Source of the DNA: Acaryochloris marina MBIC11017
GTDB taxonomy: Bacteria > Cyanobacteriota > Cyanobacteriia > Thermosynechococcales > Thermosynechococcaceae
Length of the DNA: 32,000 nt
Direction: 5' to 3'
NCBI RefSeq assembly: GCF_000018105.1
Contig: NC_009931.1
Span: 2,962-34,961 of the forward strand
The notes under the pieces are model-generated. The model was not told where the DNA came from. It made no database searches and was given only the letters and a program-made list of their open reading frames with translations. A program made the position numbers and the translations under genes. This document shows positions 1-8,918 of this stretch, piece by piece. Numbering within the stretch: the first letter of the stretch is position 1; each line of letters opens with the position of its first letter.

Positions 1-642
1 CAGGCTGATTTGCAGTAGGTGCAGGCAAAGCATGGACAGTTCTTGCATCGCCGTTTGATTACTGGCAAAGTCACCATTCTTTCCATAGAAGATGAAGTCA
101 TTGGCACTATTCCAATTCTCAACGACATTCAAGCCTTCATTGATCTCTTGCCGTAAGGCTTCATCATGCAAATACTGGCACAGGAAGATGGTCTTAATGG
201 CTCGCCCTAATTCAGCCAAAGCCAAGTAGGTGGGGTGCTTGATGTTGTTGCGAGTGAATCGACTCAGAATGGCTTCAGGTTCGGCAGTGCCTTGCTTCAT
301 CGCGGTTGTGAACTGGATCATTGGCTCATATTGCTCCCGAACCAGATCCCAACGAATGGGTCGCTTTAAAATCGCCTTAAGATGGAAATACTTCTTCTTC
401 TGCCCGGACATCGGCAGGTAGAGCTTCTGCTTGTTGATGCCCTTAAAGCGAGGCATCAGCTGGAAATTCAATAAATAGCAAAATGCAAACCCCACCTCGC
501 TTTGGCCATGGGTATCCACATAGCTTTTATTCACTGACATTTGCGTGCAGTGTCGAAGTACGCCCTTCACCATAAAGGCCACCTCCGAAGAAGAACACTT
601 CTTCAGTTGCGAGTAGATACATACGGATTTTTTCTCGACATG
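1..642 (-). CDS. tnpA: Tn3-family transposase TnpA, exon 2 (DDE/C-terminal part; 3' end runs off the window)
   Basis: The minus-strand frame is open over all 214 codons from 642 down to 1. My translation reads [77 protein letters not shown]..., typical of the Tn3 DDE region. It continues the frame of 3097-5226 once the intron is removed. Confidence 0.85.
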
Positions 643-683
643 GTTAACCTAAGCCGGAGGATCACTCCTCCGACTTGGCTTCA

Positions 684-717
684 AAACCGTGCGTAAATCT
701 TTCGATTTACACGGCTC
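684..717 (-). ncRNA. Group II intron domain V
   Basis: The reverse complement is GAGCCGTGTAAATCGAAAGATTTACGCACGGTTT. This is a 34-nt hairpin with a GAAA tetraloop and the AGC triad position. It starts 19 nt after the intron ORF stop, matching the bacterial group II domain V consensus as I recall it. Confidence 0.85.
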
Positions 718-736
718 CTCAGTGGCTTGGTGCTTG

Positions 737-2467
737 TCATACATACCATTTGGCCTGAGAGGACTTCTCCTTGGCCGTTTTAACATAATGACAATGTCTG
801 TGTAGTAGTTGAAGATTCTTGTATACGTCCAATCCTCCCATTGATGTAGGGAGAATGTGATCCACTTCAAGTAAATCTTCTTCTCGGAAGAACATGCCGC
901 ACTGAGCGCATTTCCCCTTCTGCTTCTTCAAGAGCATAGATACTCTCTTCGGAGCTTCTGGATGCTTCCCAGTCCTTGAACTCCAGTAAACTAGATTGCC
1001 ATTGTAGGGACTTGCATCCCCCTTGACTTTGACATGGCGGATAATTGGAGTCTGTCGATGTTTGAGTAATTTTTCGGTTCTAGATTTAGTTACTCTAGTC
1101 GCGAAGACCCATTTATCTCCCCCGACAGTTTGCCAATATTTATTCACCACCCATTTCCTGGATTTGCCAGGATGGCGGTGGTTAGCCCATGTTTGAAGCT
1201 TTTGATACAGTAAATGGTCTAGACGGGAGAAGGTCTCTTTACTAGCCATGGTCGAATAATATCTCGTCCATCCTCTAATCACGGGATTGAGGTGGCGGAT
1301 TAATGCCGCTTGCGGCGCTGCCTTATGGGCGTTGATGATACTAACGAGCCGATTGTAATGTACTTTTTGCTTCTTTCGACTGGGGGTAATGATGGTCTTA
1401 AATCCCAGCAATGTCCCGCATAATCTCCCCGATTGATGTTGACCGACCGGGAATTGTCTAACTGAGAATCCTAGAAAATCAAATCCAGGGTTTTCAGCTT
1501 CATACCTTTTGAGAGTATGGGATATATGCGTTTTGCTAGGTTTTAGTTCCAACCCCATGTCTTTTAGCCACTCATGAACTAAGCTCTGACATCTTTGAAC
1601 TACGGATAAATCCTCGTGAAGAATCACGAAGTCATCACAGTATCGAATGACATCAGGAGTAGCAATTCTTTTTCGCTTATTCCCGTCGGCAATCTTTCTG
1701 ATAGGAAAGGCTTGCTTGATTCGATACTCTAGGCCATGGAGGGCTACATTTGCCAACAAAGGAGAGATAGTCCCCCCTTGAGGTGCTCCTTCAGATGTCT
1801 GTAAGAACTGATGACCATCAATTACCCCAGCTTTTAGCCAAGTTTTTATTTGTCGGCGTAGAGTGGGAAAGGTCTTCAGCTTTTTGAGCAGTGCTTCGTG
1901 GTTTATTCGGTCAAAACATTGGGCTATATCAGCGTCCAACACATATTTTGCTTTCTGTTTAATGGCTGCAAAAATTTGTTCTATCGCGTCATGACATGAA
2001 CGGCCTGGTCTTGAACCATAGGAGTTTGGTTCGAAAACCGCTTCCCATTCAGGTTCCAGGGCTAGTTTGACTAGTGTCATTCTTGCCCTTTCATACAGGG
2101 TCGGTATACCCAAAGGACGTTGTTCGTCTTTTCCTGGTTTAGGAATCCACACCCGTCTGGTGGGAGGGGCCTTTGAGCCGAGTTTAAGTTGACCCACTAG
2201 GGGCAGACGAGCTTCTGGGGACAGAGATTTAACTCCATCCACACCTGCCGTCTTTTTTCCCTGGTTGTCTTGTGTGACCCGTCTAACTGAAAGGCATTTG
2301 GCTGACCAGGACCTCATCAGAGTTTTCTGGAGTCTATGTACTACTTTGACATCGCCACGTTGTCTGGCTCTGAATATGCGCTTTTGCAACTTAAACACTT
2401 TCCGCTCTAGTTTTGGCCAGGGGATTGCGCTCCATTCCATCATCGGTTTGACCCGTGCTTTAGACAT
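737..2467 (-). CDS. Group II intron-encoded protein: reverse transcriptase / maturase / HNH endonuclease
   Basis: 576-aa ORF. It has RT motifs (GIPTLYERA, RYCDDFVIL = YxDD), a maturase X region (RGWTRYY) and a C-terminal HNH region (CAQCG...EVDHILP...LQLLHRHCH). Confidence 0.95.
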   Translation of the reverse strand: MSKARVKPMMEWSAIPWPKLERKVFKLQKRIFRARQRGDVKVVHRLQKTLMRSWSAKCLSVRRVTQDNQGKKTAGVDGVKSLSPEARLPLVGQLKLGSKAPPTRRVWIPKPGKDEQRPLGIPTLYERARMTLVKLALEPEWEAVFEPNSYGSRPGRSCHDAIEQIFAAIKQKAKYVLDADIAQCFDRINHEALLKKLKTFPTLRRQIKTWLKAGVIDGHQFLQTSEGAPQGGTISPLLANVALHGLEYRIKQAFPIRKIADGNKRKRIATPDVIRYCDDFVILHEDLSVVQRCQSLVHEWLKDMGLELKPSKTHISHTLKRYEAENPGFDFLGFSVRQFPVGQHQSGRLCGTLLGFKTIITPSRKKQKVHYNRLVSIINAHKAAPQAALIRHLNPVIRGWTRYYSTMASKETFSRLDHLLYQKLQTWANHRHPGKSRKWVVNKYWQTVGGDKWVFATRVTKSRTEKLLKHRQTPIIRHVKVKGDASPYNGNLVYWSSRTGKHPEAPKRVSMLLKKQKGKCAQCGMFFREEDLLEVDHILPTSMGGLDVYKNLQLLHRHCHYVKTAKEKSSQAKWYV

Positions 2468-3096
2468 ATTTATTGCTACTTGTTCCTATTCATTCCAAGT
2501 CACCGTGAGTCTGTCTGCTTATCCTCACCATTACAGTGGGGCTTTTGCTTTTGACCCAATCCTTCCCACCGCCTAACTTCTGGTTAGCACCTACTCTTAG
2601 CCAATCGACCTCCAAGAGAGATAGGCGGGGGTTACTTCGTTCCTAATAGCCATTGATTGAACTGTTAGAGTGATGCGCTCCACCGGGTTTATTGGAAGTG
2701 CTAACTGGTCGCTACTGGACACGCCAGCTCCGTATATCCTTGCCCTTTTGGGACTCCCAGCGTTATCAACCTAATTTCGCTGGTTAATGATTACGGTGGG
2801 TTAACCACATCTTCGCTTTCGCTACTCATAAGTTCTTGCTCGAAGGGGTTCAGAGCTAGGCTCCCTGTTACCTCCTTTTTTCCCCGCTTCAGGCGTTGAT
2901 GGCTAGTCGCGAACCTGGGGGAAATGCTGTCACCGCTGCACCTGCGGGATAGGACTAGAGCGGTCTAGGATACTGACTCTCACCTATATGGCTATTAAGT
3001 TGTCAAGGTACAGTTGGGATATTTTCCCCTTCTTTACGCTTGCGGCTAATCCCCTCAAACCCTATTCAGGTCTAGTTTCTAGCCAACGAATCGCAC

Positions 3097-5226
3097 CCAG
3101 TAGATCATCACCCCCCGGCCGCCATAGCGAACGTGCCATTCCGTCATCAAATTCTGGTCCCAAGATTCAAAGTGCCGAGAATCAGACGCACAAGCCGTGG
3201 TGGCTTCCCCCCAGATATGAGAAAGGCGAATCCGGAAAATCGCATTGGCCACATCCGTAATGGCACAGCTGAGGGCAATCTTGCTTAAAAACTTGCGTCG
3301 GACATAATGCAATTCAAAGTATCCTGCATCGGCTTCTGAATGAGCGATGCGCTTAATTCCTAAATTGGTGCCCAGTCCGTAAATACACAACAGTAGGCGC
3401 TTTCGCAGGGACTGGGGGCTCAATATTTCACGACTAGCCGCACTCTTGAAATGCTGGGTGAAATCAATCCGAAAGTCCGCTTCTTTGAGGACGTCCAATA
3501 AATGCGTTAGGGACCACCGGTGGTTGATCTCTTCCTTGAGTTTTTGAATGTTCATGGGTTCCGGTTGTGCCTCAAGCGGGGACACCTTAATTCGTCCTCC
3601 TCGCTTACTCAAGATCTCAACTTTGGAATTGTGAGGCATTCCCTGATTCAGTAGGGTCAAAGCGTTTTCCATATCAGTCTGGATTTGAGTGATGAAGGTC
3701 TCCACCTCTAGGGGCTGTTGTAGATCCTGGTAATACTCCTCTCGCCGCTCGTCAAAGTCTTGGGGTAAATCCAGGTCGGGATTTCGATAGCGATTGGCAC
3801 CGGCGACCCAAATTTCCTTACACCGTAGTTTCTCTCGCAAGGCCCTGAGGACGCACATCTCATAGGCGATGCGATCTACTTTGTCTGGCTGGTCTTCATC
3901 CTGACCCAATACCGTCTCTTGCCAGTCTGCACTGACGACCCCTTCGATGGGAACGTCGTCTGCTGAGGCATAAGGTTTTCGGGGGGTGTCCACATAGGCT
4001 TTGAGTAAATCCACAGCCTGCAGGATGGGCTGGTATTGCTTGTTATTGCACCGAAAGTCAATCACTTCCAGTACCGCAGGAAGCATTTGCCGATAATGAT
4101 GACCGTAGGAAGAACGGATCCTCGAGTGTAGAAGTTGTCGGTAAGTCTGACCGCCATCATTGTAGGAGTCAACAAATGCTTCCAGAGTTTGCTCACTGGC
4201 AACGGGGTAGATAACATCTCTGACCAAGCCATCTGGTGTGGCTAGGGCTGCGGTGGCCACCTGATAAAACAGTTGGGTGTGAGAGTCCGTTTTTTTGACT
4301 TTAGCGATCACCTCTGACGTCACTTTATTCTTGCTGCGTGTATCAATGCGATGGACGATCTGAATCAGCAAATCCATGATGTTGTCGATGATCTCTTGGC
4401 ATCGCTGCCAGCAAAAACTCGCGAGTAAGGTGAGTCGGATGACTTTGGGGTGATGCCTCAACTCTGATAATGTTTCCGTTTCCACTCGGAGCCGATAACA
4501 CTCCAGAACTCGTGGGGTCAGATGAGAAAACAAGGTATCTGGCAAAGCCACTTGGCGGAGTCGTTGGAGTTTGATGATTTCTGAAAGCAGGCTATTGAGA
4601 CCGACTGGTCCTGGGTCTTTTTTCAACGCACTTAGGGGAGGATCTGGGATCTCTTTACCTGGGGTCACCTTGGGTTCTTGGATCAATTCATCAAGCTCAG
4701 TTTGAGTTTGCTTGGACAACTGCTGGAGAGTTGAGGAAAAAAGCTGATTCTCAAATAGGCGTTGAGCAGACCGAATTAAACGCTCAATTCTAGCAGGAGT
4801 GGGAGGTTCAATCTGAAGGGTACGCAGTTGAGCATAGACCTTCAATTTCAGATGATGATAATCCTGCTCTTGACTCAAGACGGTATCGACTAACCAAGTG
4901 CGTAGTTGGTTTTGGTCCGCCACAGTGGCTTGTCGAAACCCGGTGAATTTACGAATCTGGGCCCGGTGATAATAGCTATTTCTCCCATGCCAGTCATAGC
5001 TTTTGAACAGCTCGGGCAGTAGTGCTAACTGGTCTGCAACGAAGGTCAAGGCCATATGAGGTATCTCATACTTCTGTTCAGGAAAGCGTCCTTCATATCG
5101 GAAGAATTTAAGCAACAGGACAAATCCTAAGCAGTTTGCTCCTTGACGTTTGGCCAACAAATGCTCTTCGTCAGGCTGGATAGACCAATGCTCAAGCAGC
5201 TCTTCTGGATGCCATTTACGTTTCAT
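3097..5226 (-). CDS. tnpA: Tn3-family transposase TnpA, exon 1 (DUF4158-type N-terminus and central region)
   Basis: ORF 3079-5226 begins MKRKWHPEELLEHWSIQPDEEHLLAKRQGANCLGFVLLLKFFRYEGRFPE, a typical Tn3 TnpA N-terminus. The coding sense ends at ...WHVRYGGRGVMIYW. The last 6 codons of the tracked ORF (VRFVG*) are read-through into the intron. Confidence 0.9.
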
Positions 5227-5399
5227 GCAATTACGCTCCTATGAAAGTGAATTCATTAGAGCGTAAGGCAAGTTTTTGTACTATAAGTGTAGATTATGAA
5301 TTGAGGGTGATGGAGGTCAATAGAATTTACAGTTCTTAATGCCTATAGCCGTTGCTAGGTAAGGATTTCAGCCTTGATTGCAGCTGGTGTCAGCAACCC

Positions 5400-5415
5400 T
5401 GACACTGTTGGCGAA
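5400..5415. repeat. IS left terminal inverted repeat
   Basis: TGACACTGTTGGCGAA is the exact reverse complement of 7216-7231. Confidence 0.8.
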
Positions 5416-5543
5416 ATATTCCGCAATGATCTAAGTCGGCTGAAAATAGCTTCTAACACTTGATGCAGTAAGCCTTTTGTGGATTGAGGTATGGTACTGC
5501 TAAAACTCAAACTCAATCACGCTCACTCTGGAGGCTCATTGTT

Positions 5544-7205
5544 ATGTCTATGCGCCCGACAGACTTGTTGGACATCCCCAGTGAAACCATTGAAGTAGCT
5601 AGGGCTGCCTTTCCTGATGGCAATCTGTATATGCAACTACGTGATGAACTTGGCATTATCTATCACGATCACGATTTTGCTGATCTGTTTCCGAAGAAAG
5701 GACAACCAGCTCTATCCCCCTGGCAGCTTGTGCTAGTTTGCATCATGCAATTTCTTGAGAATCTTTCAGACCGTCAAGCGGCTGATGCCGTTCGAGCCCG
5801 GATAGATTGGAAATATGCCCTGAGCCTACCGCTGAGAGACTCTGGATTTAATTATTCTGTTTTGAGTGAATTTCGCAAGCGTCTGATCGCGGGTGACAAG
5901 GAACAACAGCTATTTGATAGCTTCCTTGAGCACCTTCAAGCAAAAGGGTTCCTTAAAGAACACCATCAACAACGAACGGATGCGACCCATATCCTAGCGT
6001 CGATCCGAACCCTCAATCGGTTGGAGTTATTTGGTGAAACCTTTCGGGCTGCTCTCAATAGTTTGGTTGTCGCAGATCCACAGTGGTTAAGCGAACACAT
6101 GCACGATGACTGGTTTGATCGCTATGGTCGACGAATAGAGAATTATCGCTTGCCCAAACCCGATAGCGAACGCAAAGCTTTGGGCAGTACTATCGGTCAA
6201 GATGGTTTGACACTGCTTGACGCCATATATGCCCCTAGTTCACCACCGTGGTTAAAGCATCTACCTGCAGTGGAAACTCTGCGACAAGTCTGGCTCCAGC
6301 GATTCTACCCGCCCAATGCAGACGGCACAGTCGAATGGCGAAAAGTGAAGGATATGCCCCCTTCTGATTCATCCATTCATTCTCCTTACGATGTCGAAGC
6401 CCGCTATAGCAATAAAAGAAGTATGGATTGGGTGGGCTATAAAGTTCATTTAACAGAAGTGTGTGATCCTGAAAGTCCACGTCTCATCACTCATGTGCAC
6501 ACCACCAGTGCAACGGTTCCAGATGATCAAGTTGTTGAACCCATTCACCTGGCTCTGGCTAAAAAACAGTTGTTGCCTAAAGAGCATTTGTTAGATGGGG
6601 GTTACCTCTCGGCAGAGCATTTGGTGAATAGCAAAGCAGAATATGACATGGATGTTATTGGTCCAGTGCGTCAAAATCATAGTTGGCAAGCAAAGGCAGG
6701 AAACGGATTTGATTCGAGCTTCTTCCTCATCAGTTGGGACCAACAGAAGGTTGTCTGTCCTCAAGGCCACTTCAGTACGAAATGGTTGCCTGGAAAGGAT
6801 ATTCACGGAAAGGATGTCATTCAAGCAAGGTTCCAGGGGACCACTTGCCGAAGTTGTCCAGTGCGATCTCAATGTACGAAATCAAAGACCCAGCCAAGAG
6901 AGTTGACGTTCCGTCCCCGTGAGTTACATCAAGCCCTTAATGAACGACGTCAGGTACAACGAACTACTGAGTTCAAGGAAAAATATAGCCTGCGGGCTGG
7001 TGTTGAGAGTACCCATTCACAGGGAATACGGCGATTTGGCATGCGCCAATCAAGGTATATCGGGTTAGCGAAGAGCCATCTACAGAATGTTTTCTGTGCC
7101 ATTGCTCTCAATTTTGTCCGCTTAGACGCTTGGTTTAATGATGTTCCACTAGCAAAAACTCGTGTATCTCTTTTCAAGAGGATACTTCAGCCATTACCAG
7201 CGTGA
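5544..7205 (+). CDS. IS1182/IS5-like DDE transposase
   Basis: ATG at 5544 is preceded by GGAGG (5530-5534). The N-terminal region LSPWQLVLVCIMQFLENLSDRQAADAVRARIDWKYALSL resembles the InsH/DUF772-type domain. A C-terminal Cys-rich tail (CPQG...CRSCPVRSQC) is typical of IS1182-family transposases. The tracked ORF start at 5484 is a TTG and is less likely. Confidence 0.85.
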   Translation: MSMRPTDLLDIPSETIEVARAAFPDGNLYMQLRDELGIIYHDHDFADLFPKKGQPALSPWQLVLVCIMQFLENLSDRQAADAVRARIDWKYALSLPLRDSGFNYSVLSEFRKRLIAGDKEQQLFDSFLEHLQAKGFLKEHHQQRTDATHILASIRTLNRLELFGETFRAALNSLVVADPQWLSEHMHDDWFDRYGRRIENYRLPKPDSERKALGSTIGQDGLTLLDAIYAPSSPPWLKHLPAVETLRQVWLQRFYPPNADGTVEWRKVKDMPPSDSSIHSPYDVEARYSNKRSMDWVGYKVHLTEVCDPESPRLITHVHTTSATVPDDQVVEPIHLALAKKQLLPKEHLLDGGYLSAEHLVNSKAEYDMDVIGPVRQNHSWQAKAGNGFDSSFFLISWDQQKVVCPQGHFSTKWLPGKDIHGKDVIQARFQGTTCRSCPVRSQCTKSKTQPRELTFRPRELHQALNERRQVQRTTEFKEKYSLRAGVESTHSQGIRRFGMRQSRYIGLAKSHLQNVFCAIALNFVRLDAWFNDVPLAKTRVSLFKRILQPLPA

Positions 7206-7215
7206 CTTCTTGGAA

Positions 7216-7231
7216 TTCGCCAACAGTGTCA
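7216..7231. repeat. IS right terminal inverted repeat
   Basis: TTCGCCAACAGTGTCA is the exact reverse complement of 5400-5415. It lies 10 nt after the transposase stop codon (7203-7205). Confidence 0.8.
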
Positions 7232-7689
7232 ACCCTTCAATTACCCCTTTTAAGAAGTATCACGTTGGCCCACAGGTTGGTGAAAGTGATGCAGCCGTAG
7301 AATTGTTCAGCGACGAAACCCGCGAAGCTGACGATAGAGCGCTATTGCTCAAAGTTCGAGACATGGTGCGCGGTGCGGCTGATATCGCCAAGTTCACCCA
7401 AATTGTTGAGCAGATGCGAGATGCCACCGAGCGGAAGATTGAGGGTAACCCGGTCACTGCCGTGGAGGTATTAGGCGATAAGCTCAACGTTAATCAGGAA
7501 GAGCGCTCTGGAATTCTCACCCATCTGATCCAGGGTGGCGACCTGACAGCTTACGGCATGATGAACGCTGTCACCAGAACATCCCAAGATGTTGAGAGCT
7601 ACGACCGAGCCACGGAGTTAGAAGCGATGGGATCTCAGGTTCTGAGTCTTCCCAAGGCTACCTGGCGAGAGATTGCGGTAGCTCGGTAG
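7232..7689 (+). pseudogene. 5'-truncated remnant of a conserved plasmid/phage-type gene, further disrupted by the IS
   Basis: The frame is open from the IS boundary to 7689 (...GDLTAYGMMNAVTRTSQDVESYDRATELEAMGSQVL...). Deleting the IS plus one ACCC copy extends the frame only to a TAG at 5356-5358, with no in-frame ATG or GTG (only a TTG at 5374). The family is not securely recognised. A weak memory links it to the C-termini of DUF932-type ICE/plasmid proteins. Confidence 0.5.
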
Positions 7690-7751
7690 TTCTGTCCTCA
7701 GCCCTGGCTATCTGCTGGGGCTGAAGCCGATCAGATTCAATACCCTATTAT

Positions 7752-8018
7752 CTACGACTTATCTTTGTAGACATCTCTCCTGTGAGCAATATTGACAACC
7801 AGTATGGTGAGTTTTTTGTCTTGAATCTGATAAATGACGCGATAAGCCCCCTTCCTGATTTTCCAAAGATCTTCAGCCCCCTTTAATTTTGCCGATCCAG
7901 ATGGGTGTGGATCATCGGTCAAAGTTTTAAGGATGGGAACAATCTGAGCCTTAACTTTATTGGGTAGCTTTTTGAGTTGTCGCTCAGCGGCGGGTGCTAG
8001 GAAAACGGAATAGGACAC
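7752..8018 (-). CDS. relE: RelE/ParE-family type II toxin
   Basis: VSYSVFLAPAAERQLKKLPNKVKAQIVPILKTLTDDPHPSGSAKLKGAEDLWKIRKGAYRVIYQIQDKKLTILVVNIAHRRDVY matches the RelE/ParE pattern. The GTG at 8018 lies 7 nt after the upstream gene's stop. The tracked ORF start at 8048 (GTG) would overlap the antitoxin. Confidence 0.85.
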   Translation of the reverse strand: MSYSVFLAPAAERQLKKLPNKVKAQIVPILKTLTDDPHPSGSAKLKGAEDLWKIRKGAYRVIYQIQDKKLTILVVNIAHRRDVYKDKS

Positions 8019-8025
8019 GCTTAGG

Positions 8026-8409
8026 TCAATCCTCAAGCCCGATTTCACTTAAAACGTCTTCCAAAGGTCTAACCCCTACTAATCGAGCCTCGGCAATAGC
8101 TGTTTGGGCCTCGGCTAGATCTAGAGCATCTTGGAACGCTTCAATTGCTTCCAATTCCAAGATGGCTAAATTTCCCCTACCGATTTGTTCAAGAAACTCA
8201 GATACCGAGTATCCATATTTTTTGGCAGCTTCCTGAACTCCTGACCAGCCCTCATCAGTTAAAGAAACACCATGCCGACTCTTAGTAGATTCATGCAAGG
8301 TTGTTCGTCCGGGAGATTTGCCGGGGCGAAGATTTTGAAGACTTTTAGGGTTGATCTTACGTTTAGTTCCCACAATTTTAGAAGAGAGAGTATTCCATAT
8401 TAATAGCAT
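8026..8409 (-). CDS. Putative antitoxin, unusually long at 127 aa
   Basis: It lies directly upstream of the RelE-like gene in the canonical antitoxin-toxin order. The C-terminus (AILELEAIEAFQDALDLAEAQTAIAEARLVGVRPLEDVLSEIGL) looks like RelB/ParD-type antitoxin tails. The N-terminal 75 aa (KRKINPKSLQNLRPGKSPGR...VSLTDEGW...YSVSEFLEQ) is an extra basic, DNA-binding-like part. Confidence 0.6.
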   Translation of the reverse strand: MLLIWNTLSSKIVGTKRKINPKSLQNLRPGKSPGRTTLHESTKSRHGVSLTDEGWSGVQEAAKKYGYSVSEFLEQIGRGNLAILELEAIEAFQDALDLAEAQTAIAEARLVGVRPLEDVLSEIGLED

Positions 8410-8440
8410 ACTTATTCAGGTAGAAAGCAGTAAAAAAGCA

Positions 8441-8470
8441 TTGACAATCTATATATATTCATAATATTAT
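8441..8470 (+). promoter_or_regulatory. Sigma70-like promoter candidate
   Basis: TTGACA (8441-8446), an 18-nt spacer, then TATTAT (8465-8470). It sits in the divergent intergenic region and points toward the 8670 and 8919 genes. A 7-bp inverted repeat ATCTATA/TATAGAT (8447-8453 / 8468-8474) overlaps it and could be an operator. Confidence 0.4.
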
Positions 8471-8598
8471 AGATATAACAACAAAAGACCGGGCGACAGC
8501 GACCTTCCCCCAACCGCTAGCAACCACCTGGAGCTGGTGATGCGACCGTAAGGCGATGCCGACTAAGGCTAAAAACTAGAGACAAAACTTTCATTGAA

Positions 8599-8639
8599 AG
8601 AGCCGCTGACCTTCCGTGACAAGAAACCTCAGCGGCTCT
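8599..8639 (+). promoter_or_regulatory. Perfect 11-bp stem-loop in the putative 5' leader
   Basis: AGAGCCGCTGA (8599-8609) pairs with TCAGCGGCTCT (8629-8639) across a 19-nt loop. No U-tract follows. It ends 30 nt before the ATG at 8670. Confidence 0.4.
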
Positions 8640-8669
8640 GACTCTGTAAACCTACAAGAGGTACTACAA

Positions 8670-8852
8670 ATGTCTGACATTCTAACCCAAGCTTGGCAAC
8701 CCAGAACCGACGCTGAGATGAGCCAGCCTTGGACTACTCCTAAGAAATGGCTCTCAGTCCCGACCCAGGACGGCTACCAGCATCAACCCTATGATTCTGG
8801 AGATTCTCGTCATTTCGTCCCTGATACCCACCCAGAAGACACCTGGAACTAA
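8670..8852 (+). CDS. Hypothetical small protein (60 aa)
   Basis: ATG at 8670 with AAGAGG 8 nt upstream. It has the same orientation as the next gene and is close to it. No family was recognised, and the composition is somewhat low-complexity. Confidence 0.4.
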   Translation: MSDILTQAWQPRTDAEMSQPWTTPKKWLSVPTQDGYQHQPYDSGDSRHFVPDTHPEDTWN

Positions 8853-8918
8853 CCCCAGGTCAAGCAAGGGGCATCTCTTGCCCCTGCCCCGTCTCAGGCA
8901 AGTTCAGAGGACCAACTT

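Larger units (their letters stand above)
643..3096 (-). mobile_element. Group II intron (2454 nt) with RT-maturase-HNH ORF, inserted in sense orientation in tnpA
   Basis: The 5' end GTGCG (3096-3092) follows directly after the TGG codon 3099-3097. The internal ORF is 2467-737. A domain V hairpin lies at 717-684 and a domain VI-like hairpin at about 680-651. The last bases ...GGTTAAC end at 643 (terminal AY). The flanking exons rejoin in phase 0. Confidence 0.9.
5400..7231 (+). mobile_element. IS1182-family-like insertion sequence (1832 bp)
   Basis: Perfect 16-bp terminal inverted repeats TGACACTGTTGGCGAA (5400-5415) and TTCGCCAACAGTGTCA (7216-7231) enclose a single DDE transposase ORF. ACCC occurs on both flanks (5396-5399 and 7232-7235) as a candidate 4-bp target duplication. 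Confidence 0.8.

Noticed and set aside
737-2467. The reverse transcriptase might belong to a retron, DGR or Abi-type defence element.
   Set aside because: It is embedded in RNA with a GUGCG 5' end, domain V/VI and a terminal AY. It has maturase X and HNH domains and interrupts a host ORF exactly in frame. All of this is diagnostic of a group II intron.
2988-3260. Plus-strand ORF of 90 aa.
   Set aside because: It lies antisense across the intron 5' region and the exon 1 end, is Pro/Ser-rich and has no RBS. It is a shadow ORF.
5362-5399. A possible Tn3 terminal inverted repeat. The reverse complement is GGGTTGCTGACACC..., resembling GGGGTCTGAC.
   Set aside because: The resemblance is weak, there is no inner TAAG, and the partner repeat would lie outside the window. 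It cannot be tested here.
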